Positions 55,292-64,000 of a stretch of 64,000 nt of DNA are shown here, piece by piece (the stretch's first letter is position 1; every line of letters begins with the position of its first letter). Made by a program: the position numbers and the translations under genes. Source of the DNA: Polyangiaceae bacterium (GTDB lineage Bacteria; Myxococcota_A; Polyangia; Polyangiales; Polyangiaceae); the NCBI GenBank assembly GCA_044376115.1, contig JBILLK010000013.1, positions 96,001 to 160,000 on the forward strand, given 5' to 3'. The notes below the pieces were generated by a model. That model had not been told where the DNA came from. It ran no database searches and worked only from the letters and a program-made list of their open reading frames with translations.

Positions 55292-55828
55292 CACACGCCC
55301 CGTGAGCGAGCCGACGTACACGGTGCCGTTCGAATCGACGGTGATGTCATGCCCGTCGACCACCGGCTCATCGCCATCGGCAAACTGCGCCAACACGGCG
55401 CCTTGTTTGTCGTAGACGGTCACTCGCCCGAACGGCGCGTCGGGATCTTGATCGCCTCCGTCGACGACGTAGATCCGCTGATCGCGATACTCCAAGCCCC
55501 ACGGCCGGCCAACGTCGGGGCCTTGCCAAATCTCAAGCAGCCCGCCGTCGCGATCGAAGATCTGCAGCCGGCCGTTGCTCCGATCAGCAACGTAGATGCG
55601 GTCCTCATCGTCGATGGTGAGGCCGTGCGGCACGTCGAACTCCCCTTCCCCGCAGCCGTGGCTGCCCCATTCGCGATCGACGACGGTGCCCTTCAAGACG
55701 GCGATGCGCGAGTTCTCGTAGCCATCGGAGACGACCGGGACGCCATCGGAGAGGAAGGCGATATCCGTCGGCGCCGCAAAACCGTCGGCTTCACAAGCAG
55801 CGACCAACAGCAGCAACAGCCGCCTCAT
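55268..55828 (-). CDS. C-terminal part of a PAL-like NHL propeller, with its own lipoprotein signal
   Basis: MRRLLLLLVAA-C; FAAPTDIA, SDGYENSRI, FDVPHGL, VADRSNGRLQIF, GHDITVD; AGGAGAG RBS and ATGA overlap. Confidence 0.85.
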   Translation of the reverse strand: MRRLLLLLVAACEADGFAAPTDIAFLSDGVPVVSDGYENSRIAVLKGTVVDREWGSHGCGEGEFDVPHGLTIDDEDRIYVADRSNGRLQIFDRDGGLLEIWQGPDVGRPWGLEYRDQRIYVVDGGDQDPDAPFGRVTVYDKQGAVLAQFADGDEPVVDGHDITVDSNGTVYVGSLTGRVLRKFVPR

Positions 55829-56271
55829 TGGCTCTCTCCTAGCGACGAGCTGAGCACCTCGCCGGTGCTCGAAAGCTCGGTCACCACGTCACTGCGGGCG
55901 TCAGTCGCCCAAATGTGGTCGTTCGCGTCCACGGCGAGCCCGTGCGGTACGACGAAGAGCCCCTCGCCAAAGCGGTCGAGCAGCTCCCCAGTTTGCGTAT
56001 CGAACACGAGGATGGTCGCGGCTTCGATGGGGTCCTCGTTGTCGAAGCCGGCGCCAGCCCGATGAAAGACCAGCAGCCGGTCGAGCGAGTCCACCGCGAG
56101 CCCCGTCACCTGCCCGAGCTCGACGTCGTCCGGGATGACGAAGAAGTCGTTCTGCTCCTCGTACACGAGGCTTGCGACGTCGGCCGACTCGCGATCGACC
56201 TCGGCCCAACCACATCCCGCAGCAAAGCACACGGCGAGCGGACCGTAGGCCCACGCGCACATCGCACGCAT
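55825..56271 (-). CDS. N-terminal part of a PAL-like NHL propeller, lipoprotein
   Basis: AAG-C; LGQVTGLAVD..VFHRAG, PIEAATILVFD, LFVVPHGLAVD..IWATD. Confidence 0.85.
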   Translation of the reverse strand: MRAMCAWAYGPLAVCFAAGCGWAEVDRESADVASLVYEEQNDFFVIPDDVELGQVTGLAVDSLDRLLVFHRAGAGFDNEDPIEAATILVFDTQTGELLDRFGEGLFVVPHGLAVDANDHIWATDARSDVVTELSSTGEVLSSSLGESQ

Positions 56272-56393
56272 CGTTCTTCTGGCAGCTTCAAACATCGGAT
56301 GAAGCTTTAGCGGGTTGAACCGCGCTGACGAGGTCCCCTGGCGCGCCTCGGGAGGTCCTAAGGCGCCAGCACGGGGCCTCGTCACGGGGAACT

Positions 56394-56774
56394 CTAGCTG
56401 TTCGGAACCCAGCGCTGCACGGCCTCCAGCGTGTCGGCTGGGGTCGTGTTGAAGCAGAGCTTCGCCTGCGGGGCCTGCTCGTGTACGACGTTGAGGAGCT
56501 TCTCGAAGAGTAGGAAGTACGGCGCGCCCATGCGGATGCCGGCACCAATTACGACACAGTCGAACGAGCGTTCGGCGAGAGCCTTCGTCACCGTGGCCGC
56601 GGCGGTCTCACCGAGATCGATAGGACACCAGTGAGCTTCGTAGCCGCTGTCGTTCAGCTTCTGCACGACGGCGCGGATCCCTTTCATCAGCGTCTCGGCG
56701 GAGGCGCCAGGCGGCGCCAACGACAGATCGACGAGGGTGGGTTCGATACCGATGTAGAGGACGCGCGCAGCCAT
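56394..56774 (-). CDS. Hypothetical protein (126 aa)
   Basis: FDCVVIGAGIR..LFEKLLNVVHEQAPQAKLCFNTTPADTLEAVQRW; coding-like codon usage. Confidence 0.8.
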   Translation of the reverse strand: MAARVLYIGIEPTLVDLSLAPPGASAETLMKGIRAVVQKLNDSGYEAHWCPIDLGETAAATVTKALAERSFDCVVIGAGIRMGAPYFLLFEKLLNVVHEQAPQAKLCFNTTPADTLEAVQRWVPNS

Positions 56775-56856
56775 GGGTATCGACACTAGAGCAGAGCCGA
56801 GCGCAGCACACCAGACCGTGAGCACACCACTTGTCGATGGCCGCCCTTTGGGCGGA

Positions 56857-57858
56857 CTAGGGCTTCGCCAAGGAGTTAACGAGTCCGTACACGCCGTATT
56901 GAACCAAGTAGGAGAGCCCGCGCGAGGGCCACTCTGCCTCGAACCGTTTCGCGATGGCGGCGTGGTGCTTGCTCGCATCCGGTCCTGAGAGTTCGGTGGT
57001 CGAGGTTCCGAGCTCGTTCAGATACGCGCGGACGATCTTCTCGGCCTTCGCGAGGTAGGCTTGCTGCTCCGCGACCGCCTCGGCCAGCGGGGCCGAGTCG
57101 CCGCGCCCGCCGTACACTGTGGCGTCATCGAACTCGGAGAGTTCGCCGAGCGCGCGCGACCACTCCGCAAGATCCGGCTTCGCCACGCCGTCGACGATTC
57201 CCCCCTCGAGCCACGCGTGAACCCCATGGTGGACGAGATCTCCGACGAAGAGCGCACGCGCAGCTGGCACCCAGCCCACGGTCTGGGTCGAGGACACTCC
57301 CGCGTGATCGAGCTCGCGCAGCCAGATCTCGCCGGCTTTGGTTGGGAGCTTCAGCTCGTCGCGGAAGGTGAGGTCGATGACGGCCTCCGCAGGGTACTGG
57401 TCCGCTGGGATCATCTTGGCCACGTCGACAAAGAAGGCTCGCTTGTAAGCATGAACGCCGGGAATGGCGGCTGCCGTACGTTCGCTGGCCACGACCTTGG
57501 CGCCGACCCCACGGAACACGGCCGAGCCATTGAACTTGTCGGGGTTGGGGTGGGTAACCACGACGAAGCGGATGGGAGAGCTCGTCTTTGCGCGAATGGC
57601 TTCGAGGAGTTCGCGCGCGTGCCGCTCAGTGAACTGAGCATCGAAGACGACGACCTCCAGGCCGGTGTCGATCCAGAACGAGCGCGTGTCGAAGCCCTCG
57701 GCGTCGGACACGTAGCTGTCCACCTTCAGAGATTCTTCGTAGCTGAGGTTGTTCTCCTGCGCTCGGTCCTCAGCGCCGGCACAGCCCGAGAGGCCGGCGA
57801 ACATAGTGAATAGCGAACGGAGCACGAACGATGAGCAGAGCTTGGCAAAGGACTTCAT
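56857..57858 (-). CDS. MBL-fold protein with non-canonical motif (THPNPDKFNG), exported
   Basis: VVFDAQF, VVVTHPNPDKFNG, LFVGDLVH; AGGAGG RBS; LSG-C. Confidence 0.85.
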   Translation of the reverse strand: MKSFAKLCSSFVLRSLFTMFAGLSGCAGAEDRAQENNLSYEESLKVDSYVSDAEGFDTRSFWIDTGLEVVVFDAQFTERHARELLEAIRAKTSSPIRFVVVTHPNPDKFNGSAVFRGVGAKVVASERTAAAIPGVHAYKRAFFVDVAKMIPADQYPAEAVIDLTFRDELKLPTKAGEIWLRELDHAGVSSTQTVGWVPAARALFVGDLVHHGVHAWLEGGIVDGVAKPDLAEWSRALGELSEFDDATVYGGRGDSAPLAEAVAEQQAYLAKAEKIVRAYLNELGTSTTELSGPDASKHHAAIAKRFEAEWPSRGLSYLVQYGVYGLVNSLAKP

Positions 57859-57981
57859 GGCAGAGCCTCCTGAGGCAAACCTGCGGCCTTTCCGCGTGTT
57901 CTGCCTCCGACGGCCGTGAACCTAGGCTGCCACGCGTCGCACGTCGCTCGACAGGAAGACCAAGACTATCGAGAATAAGAC

Positions 57982-58779
57982 ATGAGCAAGAACCCCGACC
58001 TTGCGAGCCCTCCGGTGGTCGGACTCTCCGAGGTGCTGGAGGCAGGCGTCGGCCCACTTCATCGACACGGGCGCGCGCAGCTCATCTATTCGGCCGATGG
58101 CGTGCTAGTCGTGACGACGGAGCGCGGAACCTACGTCGTGCCGCCGCAACGGGCCGTGTGGGTCGCCGGAGGTGAGCGGCACCGGGTCGAGGCGCGGCGC
58201 CGTGTCGGCTTGAAGACGCTCTACTTCGACACGACCCGCGTGCCAAACCTACCGCAGGCGACGACGGTGCTCCAGGTCTCGGACCTGCTGCGTGAGCTCG
58301 TCGTCACGGCGGTTAGCATCGCGTGGACGTGGGACTCTCCCAGCTCCGAGGCGCGGCTGTTTCGGGTGCTCCGAGACCAGCTGCGACTAACGGCTGCCGC
58401 GATCGCCCCGCTCAAGCTTGCGCGCGGGAGAGACCCACGCGTCCTCAGGGCTTGCGCCGCTGTAGAACGCGACCCCGGACGCTCGCTGTCGCTTCCGGAG
58501 CTGGCGCGGATCGCGAAAGCGGGTGACCGGCAACTCGCTCGGCTGTTTGTCGCCGAGACCGGCGTGACACCAGCGGCTTGGCGAGAGCAACTCCGGCTGC
58601 TACTGGCGCTTGAACTCCTCGGCTCTGGGGAGCCCATCACAGCGGTCGCGCTCGAGCTCGGCTACTCCAGCGCGAGCAGCTTCGGCGTGATGTTCAAGCG
58701 CGCCCTCGGGACCTCACCCGGGCGCTACTTCAACGCAGCTCGACAAGCCGCTGGCTCGTCCGCACGTGCAATGCCTTGA
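57982..58779 (+). CDS. AraC-family regulator with cupin sensor domain
   Basis: HRHGRAQLIY..VPPQRAVWV; RQLARLFVAETG; VALELGYSSASSFGVMFKRALG; divergent from the MBL gene. Confidence 0.93.
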   Translation: MSKNPDLASPPVVGLSEVLEAGVGPLHRHGRAQLIYSADGVLVVTTERGTYVVPPQRAVWVAGGERHRVEARRRVGLKTLYFDTTRVPNLPQATTVLQVSDLLRELVVTAVSIAWTWDSPSSEARLFRVLRDQLRLTAAAIAPLKLARGRDPRVLRACAAVERDPGRSLSLPELARIAKAGDRQLARLFVAETGVTPAAWREQLRLLLALELLGSGEPITAVALELGYSSASSFGVMFKRALGTSPGRYFNAARQAAGSSARAMP

Positions 58780-58801
58780 AGCCGCGCCGGAGCGGCAGCA
58801 G

Positions 58802-59242
58802 TCAGCGCAGTTCGGCGGCCACGGCGAAGATGTGCTCGAGCGCGTCCACGACGATCTGCTCGATCACGTCCTCGGTCAGCGTCGCAGGTTGGTAGCGAGC
58901 GATGTCGGTCACGGGCGGTGAAGCCTCCAGGTACGCGAGCACCTCCAGGCCGAGCCCTCGATCGATCACCTGAAAGCCGAGCCGGTGACCGTCGGGGAGC
59001 TTCGCCCGCAGGAACACCCTGAGCTCTTCGCGATCCTCCGTCGAGCACACCTCCGCTCGAAAGCCGCGCTGCTCGAGATCGCGCGCGAACTCGTGCAGCG
59101 TCGGTCCAATCGTCTCGAGCTTGGCGCGCTCCCAGGCCAAGTGGAAGCGCTTCGCGTCTCCCGCGTCGCGCTCGACCTCACGGACGATGGCACCAAAGCG
59201 CGCGTCGATGTTGTTGAGGCGCTGCAACGATCGCGGCTTCAC
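58802..59242 (-). CDS. Hypothetical protein divergent from vgrG
   Basis: Coding-like frame; start either GTG 59242 or ATG 59296. Confidence 0.7.
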   Translation of the reverse strand: MKPRSLQRLNNIDARFGAIVREVERDAGDAKRFHLAWERAKLETIGPTLHEFARDLEQRGFRAEVCSTEDREELRVFLRAKLPDGHRLGFQVIDRGLGLEVLAYLEASPPVTDIARYQPATLTEDVIEQIVVDALEHIFAVAAELR

Positions 59243-59316
59243 GCTCCTCTTGGTACCACGATATCGGTTGAACGAGGCTGGGTTCCACGCGAACATTCCG
59301 GCCGGAGGTTTCGGCT

Positions 59317-61662
59317 ATGGCAACCACGTTTACCCTCGACACCAGCGCGCTGCCCGATTCACGCCGCGTCGTCGCGTTCCGCGGCGTCGAGGAAATCGGC
59401 TCCCCTTACGTGTTCGAGATCTGGGTCGTCGTAGAAGGTCAGGACGACACCGAGCTCGCCGACGCAGTCGGTTCGAAGGCGAAGTTGCTGCTCACCGAGG
59501 GGATGTTCCTGCAAGGTTCGTTCGCCGGCGTACTCGTGTCGGTGGACCTGCTGCGCGCGATGGAGAACGTGTCGCTCTACCGTGTGGTGCTCGCGCCTTC
59601 GCTCTGGCAGCTGAACCACACGCGCCACAGTCGCCTGTTCACGAAGACATCGGTGGATGAGGTGATCAAGCAGGTCCTCGATTTGGAAGGCATCACGGAC
59701 TACGAGTTCCGCCTGAAGTCGAGCTACGAGAAGGAGGAGCACATCTGCCAGTACCAGGAGAGCTCGCTCGACTTCATCCACCGCTGGATGGAGCGCGAGG
59801 GGCTCTACTACTTCTTCGAGCAGACCGACGACCGCGAGAAGCTGATCATCGCCGACGACAAGTCCGCGCACGTCAAGAGCCGCGAAGTAGCGGTGCCGTA
59901 CTTCCCCTCGCGGGGGGACTGGAGCTCCGGGCCGCACTTCCGTGAGTTCATGGCGAAGCAGGCGGTGATGCCGCTGCGCGTGCAGCTCAAGGACTACGAC
60001 TACGCGAACCCCTCGCTGAACGTCGAGGGCGGCGCGACGGTGAGCGACTCGGGGCAGGGCCAGCTCAACTTCATGAACGACCGCTTCTGGTCCCCGTCCG
60101 AGGGAGATCGGCTCGCGGTGATCCGCGCCGACGCGCTGCGCGCGAAGTCGACCTACTTCCACGCCCGCGGGCCGGTGCTCGGGATCTCGAGCGGCTTCAA
60201 ATTCTCGCTCGACCGCCACGCGAAGGAGGTCTTCAACATCGAGTACGTCGCCGTCGGGGTCGAACACGTCGGCCTCGTGGATGGCGTCTCGCCCGAGTGG
60301 GCCGAGGCGATCCCGTTCGAGGCCAAGGACGTCTACACCGTGACGGTCCGGGCGATCTCGGCGAAGACCCAATACCGGCTACCGGTGCGCACCGCGTGGC
60401 CCCGCATCGACGGCTTCGAGTCCGGCGTCGTCGACGGCGAGGCGAGCAGTGAATACGCGCAAATCGACGATCAAGGCCGCTACCTCGTTCGCTTCCGCTT
60501 CGACGAGAGCAGCCTCAAGGGAGGTCAGGCCTCCACCTACGTTCGAATGATGCAACCGCACGCGGGCGCGATCGAAGGCTGGCACTTCCCGCTGCGCAAA
60601 GGCACTGAGGTCACCTTCCTCTTCCTCGGGGGTGATCCCGATCGCCCCGTCATCGCCGGGGCGATCCCCAACGCCGTGACGCCGAGCCCGGTCACGAGCG
60701 GCAATCACACGCGCAACGTGATCCAGACGGGCGGGCGCAACCGCTTCGAACTCGAGGATCTCGCGGGCCAGCAGCGGGTGACGCTGTCCACGCCGCACGC
60801 CAACACTTACCTGCGCATGGGCTTCGCCAACGAGGACCACGAGCTGATCGTGAAGACGGATTTGCGCGGCCTCTGGTGCAGCGGCAACAACACCGACTTC
60901 AACATCAAGGGCCACTGGTGGATCGAGGTCGACAAGGACAAGAAGGAGCACATCACCGGCGCCGTCGAGGAGAAGTACAAGGCTAAGAAGGAGGAGACGG
61001 TCACCGGGCCCGTCACCGAGACCTACAACAACGGCCACAAGACGACCGTCAACGCAGCGCTGCGCGAGGAGTACTCGAATGCAGGCAAGCGCGTGGTGAC
61101 CGAGGGCGGCCACGAGGAGATCATCAGCAGTCAGCACGACCTCACCGTGCATGGCCCGGCCAACATCACGACCGACGGCAAAGTCACCTGGAACGTCGAA
61201 AAGGCCCTGTGGGAGCTGAACGCGATGAACTACTCGCTCAACGCGTCGGCGTTCAACCGCACCGACTCAGGCAGCAGCCACGACACGGTGCAAGGCTTCA
61301 AGAGCGAGCTCGTGCTCGGGATGAAGAACGACATGCTGATGGGCGTCCACACCGAGGTGAAGGTCGCTGGTTGCCTCTCGCTCTTCGGCGGCGTTGCCTT
61401 CGAATACGCGCTCGGTAAACAGAGAGGCACCGTCTGGGAGGTGTCGATGTGGGCAATCAAGAACGAGACCGCCGCCGCAGAGAACCGACTCAAGGCGATG
61501 GAGAACGACATTTCTTCGATGAAGAACGACGCAGCCGCGATGGAGAACCGCGCGCTCAGCATGACCCTGCAGATGGGCGGTATGAGCTCGGAGATCGAGG
61601 GCCTCAAGAACACGCAGGGCGCGCTCATCAACTACGTCTCGGGTCTCACGGTTCAGGGCTGA
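59317..61662 (+). CDS. vgrG: Type VI secretion spike VgrG/TssI (second, divergent paralog)
   Basis: QYQESSLDFIHRWMEREGLYYFF, IDDQGRYLVRF, WHFPLRKGTEV..GDPDRPVIAGAIPN. Confidence 0.95.
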   Translation: MATTFTLDTSALPDSRRVVAFRGVEEIGSPYVFEIWVVVEGQDDTELADAVGSKAKLLLTEGMFLQGSFAGVLVSVDLLRAMENVSLYRVVLAPSLWQLNHTRHSRLFTKTSVDEVIKQVLDLEGITDYEFRLKSSYEKEEHICQYQESSLDFIHRWMEREGLYYFFEQTDDREKLIIADDKSAHVKSREVAVPYFPSRGDWSSGPHFREFMAKQAVMPLRVQLKDYDYANPSLNVEGGATVSDSGQGQLNFMNDRFWSPSEGDRLAVIRADALRAKSTYFHARGPVLGISSGFKFSLDRHAKEVFNIEYVAVGVEHVGLVDGVSPEWAEAIPFEAKDVYTVTVRAISAKTQYRLPVRTAWPRIDGFESGVVDGEASSEYAQIDDQGRYLVRFRFDESSLKGGQASTYVRMMQPHAGAIEGWHFPLRKGTEVTFLFLGGDPDRPVIAGAIPNAVTPSPVTSGNHTRNVIQTGGRNRFELEDLAGQQRVTLSTPHANTYLRMGFANEDHELIVKTDLRGLWCSGNNTDFNIKGHWWIEVDKDKKEHITGAVEEKYKAKKEETVTGPVTETYNNGHKTTVNAALREEYSNAGKRVVTEGGHEEIISSQHDLTVHGPANITTDGKVTWNVEKALWELNAMNYSLNASAFNRTDSGSSHDTVQGFKSELVLGMKNDMLMGVHTEVKVAGCLSLFGGVAFEYALGKQRGTVWEVSMWAIKNETAAAENRLKAMENDISSMKNDAAAMENRALSMTLQMGGMSSEIEGLKNTQGALINYVSGLTVQG

Positions 61663-61671
61663 CCCAAACCG

Positions 61672-64000
61672 ATGCGCATCGTCAAGCCGCTCCGGCTCAG
61701 CCTGCTCCATCGCTGCTTCGAGAACGTCGGTAAACCCGTGCTCAGCGTCACGGCGATGCTGACGTTCCGGCTCGACGCGCCCACGGCGCTGCAACAAGAG
61801 GTCGTCCTTTGGAAGGCCGTGACCAAGTCGACGCCGAACGGGGTCGTCGATGAGTTCATGCCGAAGACGCGCGGCGAGCTGCTCGTGTTCGGCAGCGCGT
61901 ACACCGGCGCCGAGCCCAAACCGATGCAGGTCGTGCGCTTCGCCGTCACCCGCGGCGAGGGCAAAGAGCAGAAGGTGCTCGCAGGCCGCGAGCTGCTCGT
62001 CTTCGGAGACCGCGCCTGGGGCTTGTCATCGGCGACCGAGCCGAGGCCTTTCAGTGAAATGCCGCTCGTGGCCGAGCGCGCGTTCGGCGGTGAAGGCTTC
62101 GAGGACAACCCGGTCGGCCGCGGCCTTGGGATGATGACGATCGACGGCCTCGAGGCGCACCTTCTACCCAACGTGGAGCTTCTCCGCGAGCCGGTGACCT
62201 CGCGCAGAGATCGGCCCCGGCCCGCGCTGCTCGGCCCGCTGGACGTGATGTCGAAGGAGCGTGTGAAGCGGCGCGGCACCTACGACCGCACCTGGCTGGA
62301 GACGCGCTTTCCCTATTACCCGGAGGATTTCGACTGGGAGTTCTTCAACGTCGCTCCGCCCGAGCAGCGCATCGATGGATTCTTCGACGGCGGGGAGTCG
62401 CTGTCGATCAGCGGCATGAACCCGAACCACCCTACCCTCACGAGCACCTTCCCGCAGGCGGTCGTGCGTGCATTCATCGAGCGCAAGAAGCGGCCGGACT
62501 ACGCAGAGGAGGTGCCGCTGCGGATCGACACGGTCATCGCCTTCCCGAGCATGATGCTCGGCGTGCTCCTCTTCCGCGGCACGGTTCCGGTGGAGGAAGA
62601 CGACGCGCACGACGTGCGCACGCTGATCGCTGGCGTCGACGGCATCGGGGAGCTGCGCGAGCCGAGCCACTTCATGCGCATCTCGAAGATCCGCGAGGAT
62701 TTGACCGAGTTTCACGCGGAGCTGCTCGAGGACTCCACGCTCCTACCTTCGTGGTTCGTCGAGCCGGACATGCTCGAAGAAGGTTGGAACGACATGGCCG
62801 AGCACGTGCAGATCGAGCACCTGCGGCGCAAACGCGGACAGGCCGTGGTCGACAAGCAGACGGCCGAGGCGCGCGAGCGCATCGAGGTCGAGGTCGAAAA
62901 GGCGATGCGCGTCGACCACCTGCCAGAGAAGGACCAAGCCAAAGCCCGAGAGAAGCTCGACGAAGCGGGCCTCCGGGAGAAGATGCTCGAGTCGGTCCCG
63001 ACCATCGATCTGATGGGCGGCCCCGGCATCCCGACGAAGCTCGGCGAGATTCCGCAGGCGATGGCGCGCGCCCGCGAGGAGCTCAAGAAGACCGAAACCG
63101 ATCTGAAGGAGCGTGAAGCGAGGGGCGAAGAAGAGATGCGCCAGCGCTTTGCCGAGATCCGCGCCGCTCGCAAAGAGCACGGCCAGGAGGACGTCGAACT
63201 CGACTACGACAAGCTGAAGAAGCAGGCCCTGATCGATGCAGCAGGGCCACCGAAGCAGTCCGCCGTGCGGCAGTTCGACAAGCTGCGCGAGGAGCTGGAG
63301 AAGCTCGCCAACGAGCATAAAATCGATGTGTCGGCCCAGCGCGCGGAGCTCGACAAAGTGAACCGGGCACGGCTCGTCGAGCTCGATGAGCTCGCGCTCA
63401 AAGGGTACCGCTCGTTCGGGCACACCTCGCTCGAGCCGCCGGCGATGCTCTCGCCTGAAGACTCAGCGTCGCGGGTGCAATTCGCGCTCAGCAGGCTCGC
63501 CCAAGGGGAGAGCCTCGAGGGCTTCGATTTCACAGGCGTCGATCTATCGGGCGTGGACCTCTCGGGTGCAAAGCTTGGCAAGGCGCTGTTCGAGTGCGCG
63601 CGCTTCGCAGGGGCCGTCCTCACCGGCTGTGATCTACGCGGCGCGATGCTCGGGCGGGCCTCGCTCGACGGCGGTGACTTCTCGGGCGCGGATCTGCGCG
63701 AGGCGAACCTCTCGCGTTCGACCTTCGCGGGCGCTCGCTTCAACGGGGCGCGCTTCGAGAAGAGCCAGTGGTTCGAGAGCAACCTCGCAGGCGGCTCCTT
63801 CCGCGGCGCGAGCATCAACATGTCGACCTTCGTGAAGACGACCTTCGGCGAGGTGGACTTCGCGGGCGCCAAGCTCACGATGACGACCCTGATCGAGGGT
63901 GACCTCTCTGGCTCGTCCTTCGAGGAGATCGAGGCTGATCAGCTGACCTTCATCAAGGCCAAGTTCGATCGTGTCTCGTTCAAGGGCGCGAAGCTCACGC
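61672..64000 (+). CDS. DUF2169 T6SS adaptor fused to pentapeptide repeats (3' end beyond the window)
   Basis: Manual translation MRIVKPLRLSLL..DEFMPKTRGELLVFGSAY..RELLVFGDRAW..ERAFGG..NPVGRG..GTYDRTW..FDWEFFNVAPPEQ; pentapeptides (DFTGVDLSGVDLSGAKL..) from ~63520. Absent from the track because it has no stop in the window. Confidence 0.9.
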   Translation, partial: MRIVKPLRLSLLHRCFENVGKPVLSVTAMLTFRLDAPTALQQEVVLWKAVTKSTPNGVVDEFMPKTRGELLVFGSAYTGAEPKPMQVVRFAVTRGEGKEQKVLAGRELLVFGDRAWGLSSATEPRPFSEMPLVAERAFGGEGFEDNPVGRGLGMMTIDGLEAHLLPNVELLREPVTSRRDRPRPALLGPLDVMSKERVKRRGTYDRTWLETRFPYYPEDFDWEFFNVAPPEQRIDGFFDGGESLSISGMNPNHPTLTSTFPQAVVRAFIERKKRPDYAEEVPLRIDTVIAFPSMMLGVLLFRGTVPVEEDDAHDVRTLIAGVDGIGELREPSHFMRISKIREDLTEFHAELLEDSTLLPSWFVEPDMLEEGWNDMAEHVQIEHLRRKRGQAVVDKQTAEARERIEVEVEKAMRVDHLPEKDQAKAREKLDEAGLREKMLESVPTIDLMGGPGIPTKLGEIPQAMARAREELKKTETDLKEREARGEEEMRQRFAEIRAARKEHGQEDVELDYDKLKKQALIDAAGPPKQSAVRQFDKLREELEKLANEHKIDVSAQRAELDKVNRARLVELDELALKGYRSFGHTSLEPPAMLSPEDSASRVQFALSRLAQGESLEGFDFTGVDLSGVDLSGAKLGKALFECARFAGAVLTGCDLRGAMLGRASLDGGDFSGADLREANLSRSTFAGARFNGARFEKSQWFESNLAGGSFRGASINMSTFVKTTFGEVDFAGAKLTMTTLIEGDLSGSSFEEIEADQLTFIKAKFDRVSFKGAKLT

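Noticed and set aside
1..64000. tRNA, rRNA, IS transposase or prophage
   Set aside because: No recognisable motifs; the vgrG genes are T6SS-type and lack phage structural neighbours.

Overview
High-GC bacterial DNA whose gene content points to a myxobacterium, probably Polyangiaceae-like. The indicators are Ser/Thr kinase-PEGA-RCC1 modules, a giant TPR protein, many Ala/Ser/Pro-linker lipoproteins and two orphan vgrG loci. I found no rRNA, tRNA, transposase, integrase, reverse transcriptase or CRISPR-Cas. The first ~43 kb is an accessory, heavily rearranged region with four notable components. (i) A vgrG cassette encodes a Phytophthora GP42-like transglutaminase-fold candidate effector, a translationally coupled lipoprotein (candidate immunity) and a LysM/peptidoglycan-binding protein. 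A second, deleted copy fuses the vgrG start in frame to a diversified paralog of the lipoprotein. (ii) At least five pairs of diverged direct gene duplications each bracket a block of cargo genes. (iii) At least four families of non-coding palindromic REP/REPIN/MITE-like elements occur, with tandem arrays, a compensatory base change and one copy with a flipped interior. (iv) A PHM-like copper monooxygenase lipoprotein is present. The last ~21 kb is more ordinary. It includes a PAL (peptidyl-alpha-hydroxyglycine lyase)-like NHL propeller split into two separately exported lipoproteins, and a second vgrG followed by a DUF2169-pentapeptide gene that runs off the window. All family calls come from motif recognition by eye, not database searches, and many start codons were re-chosen relative to the ORF track.
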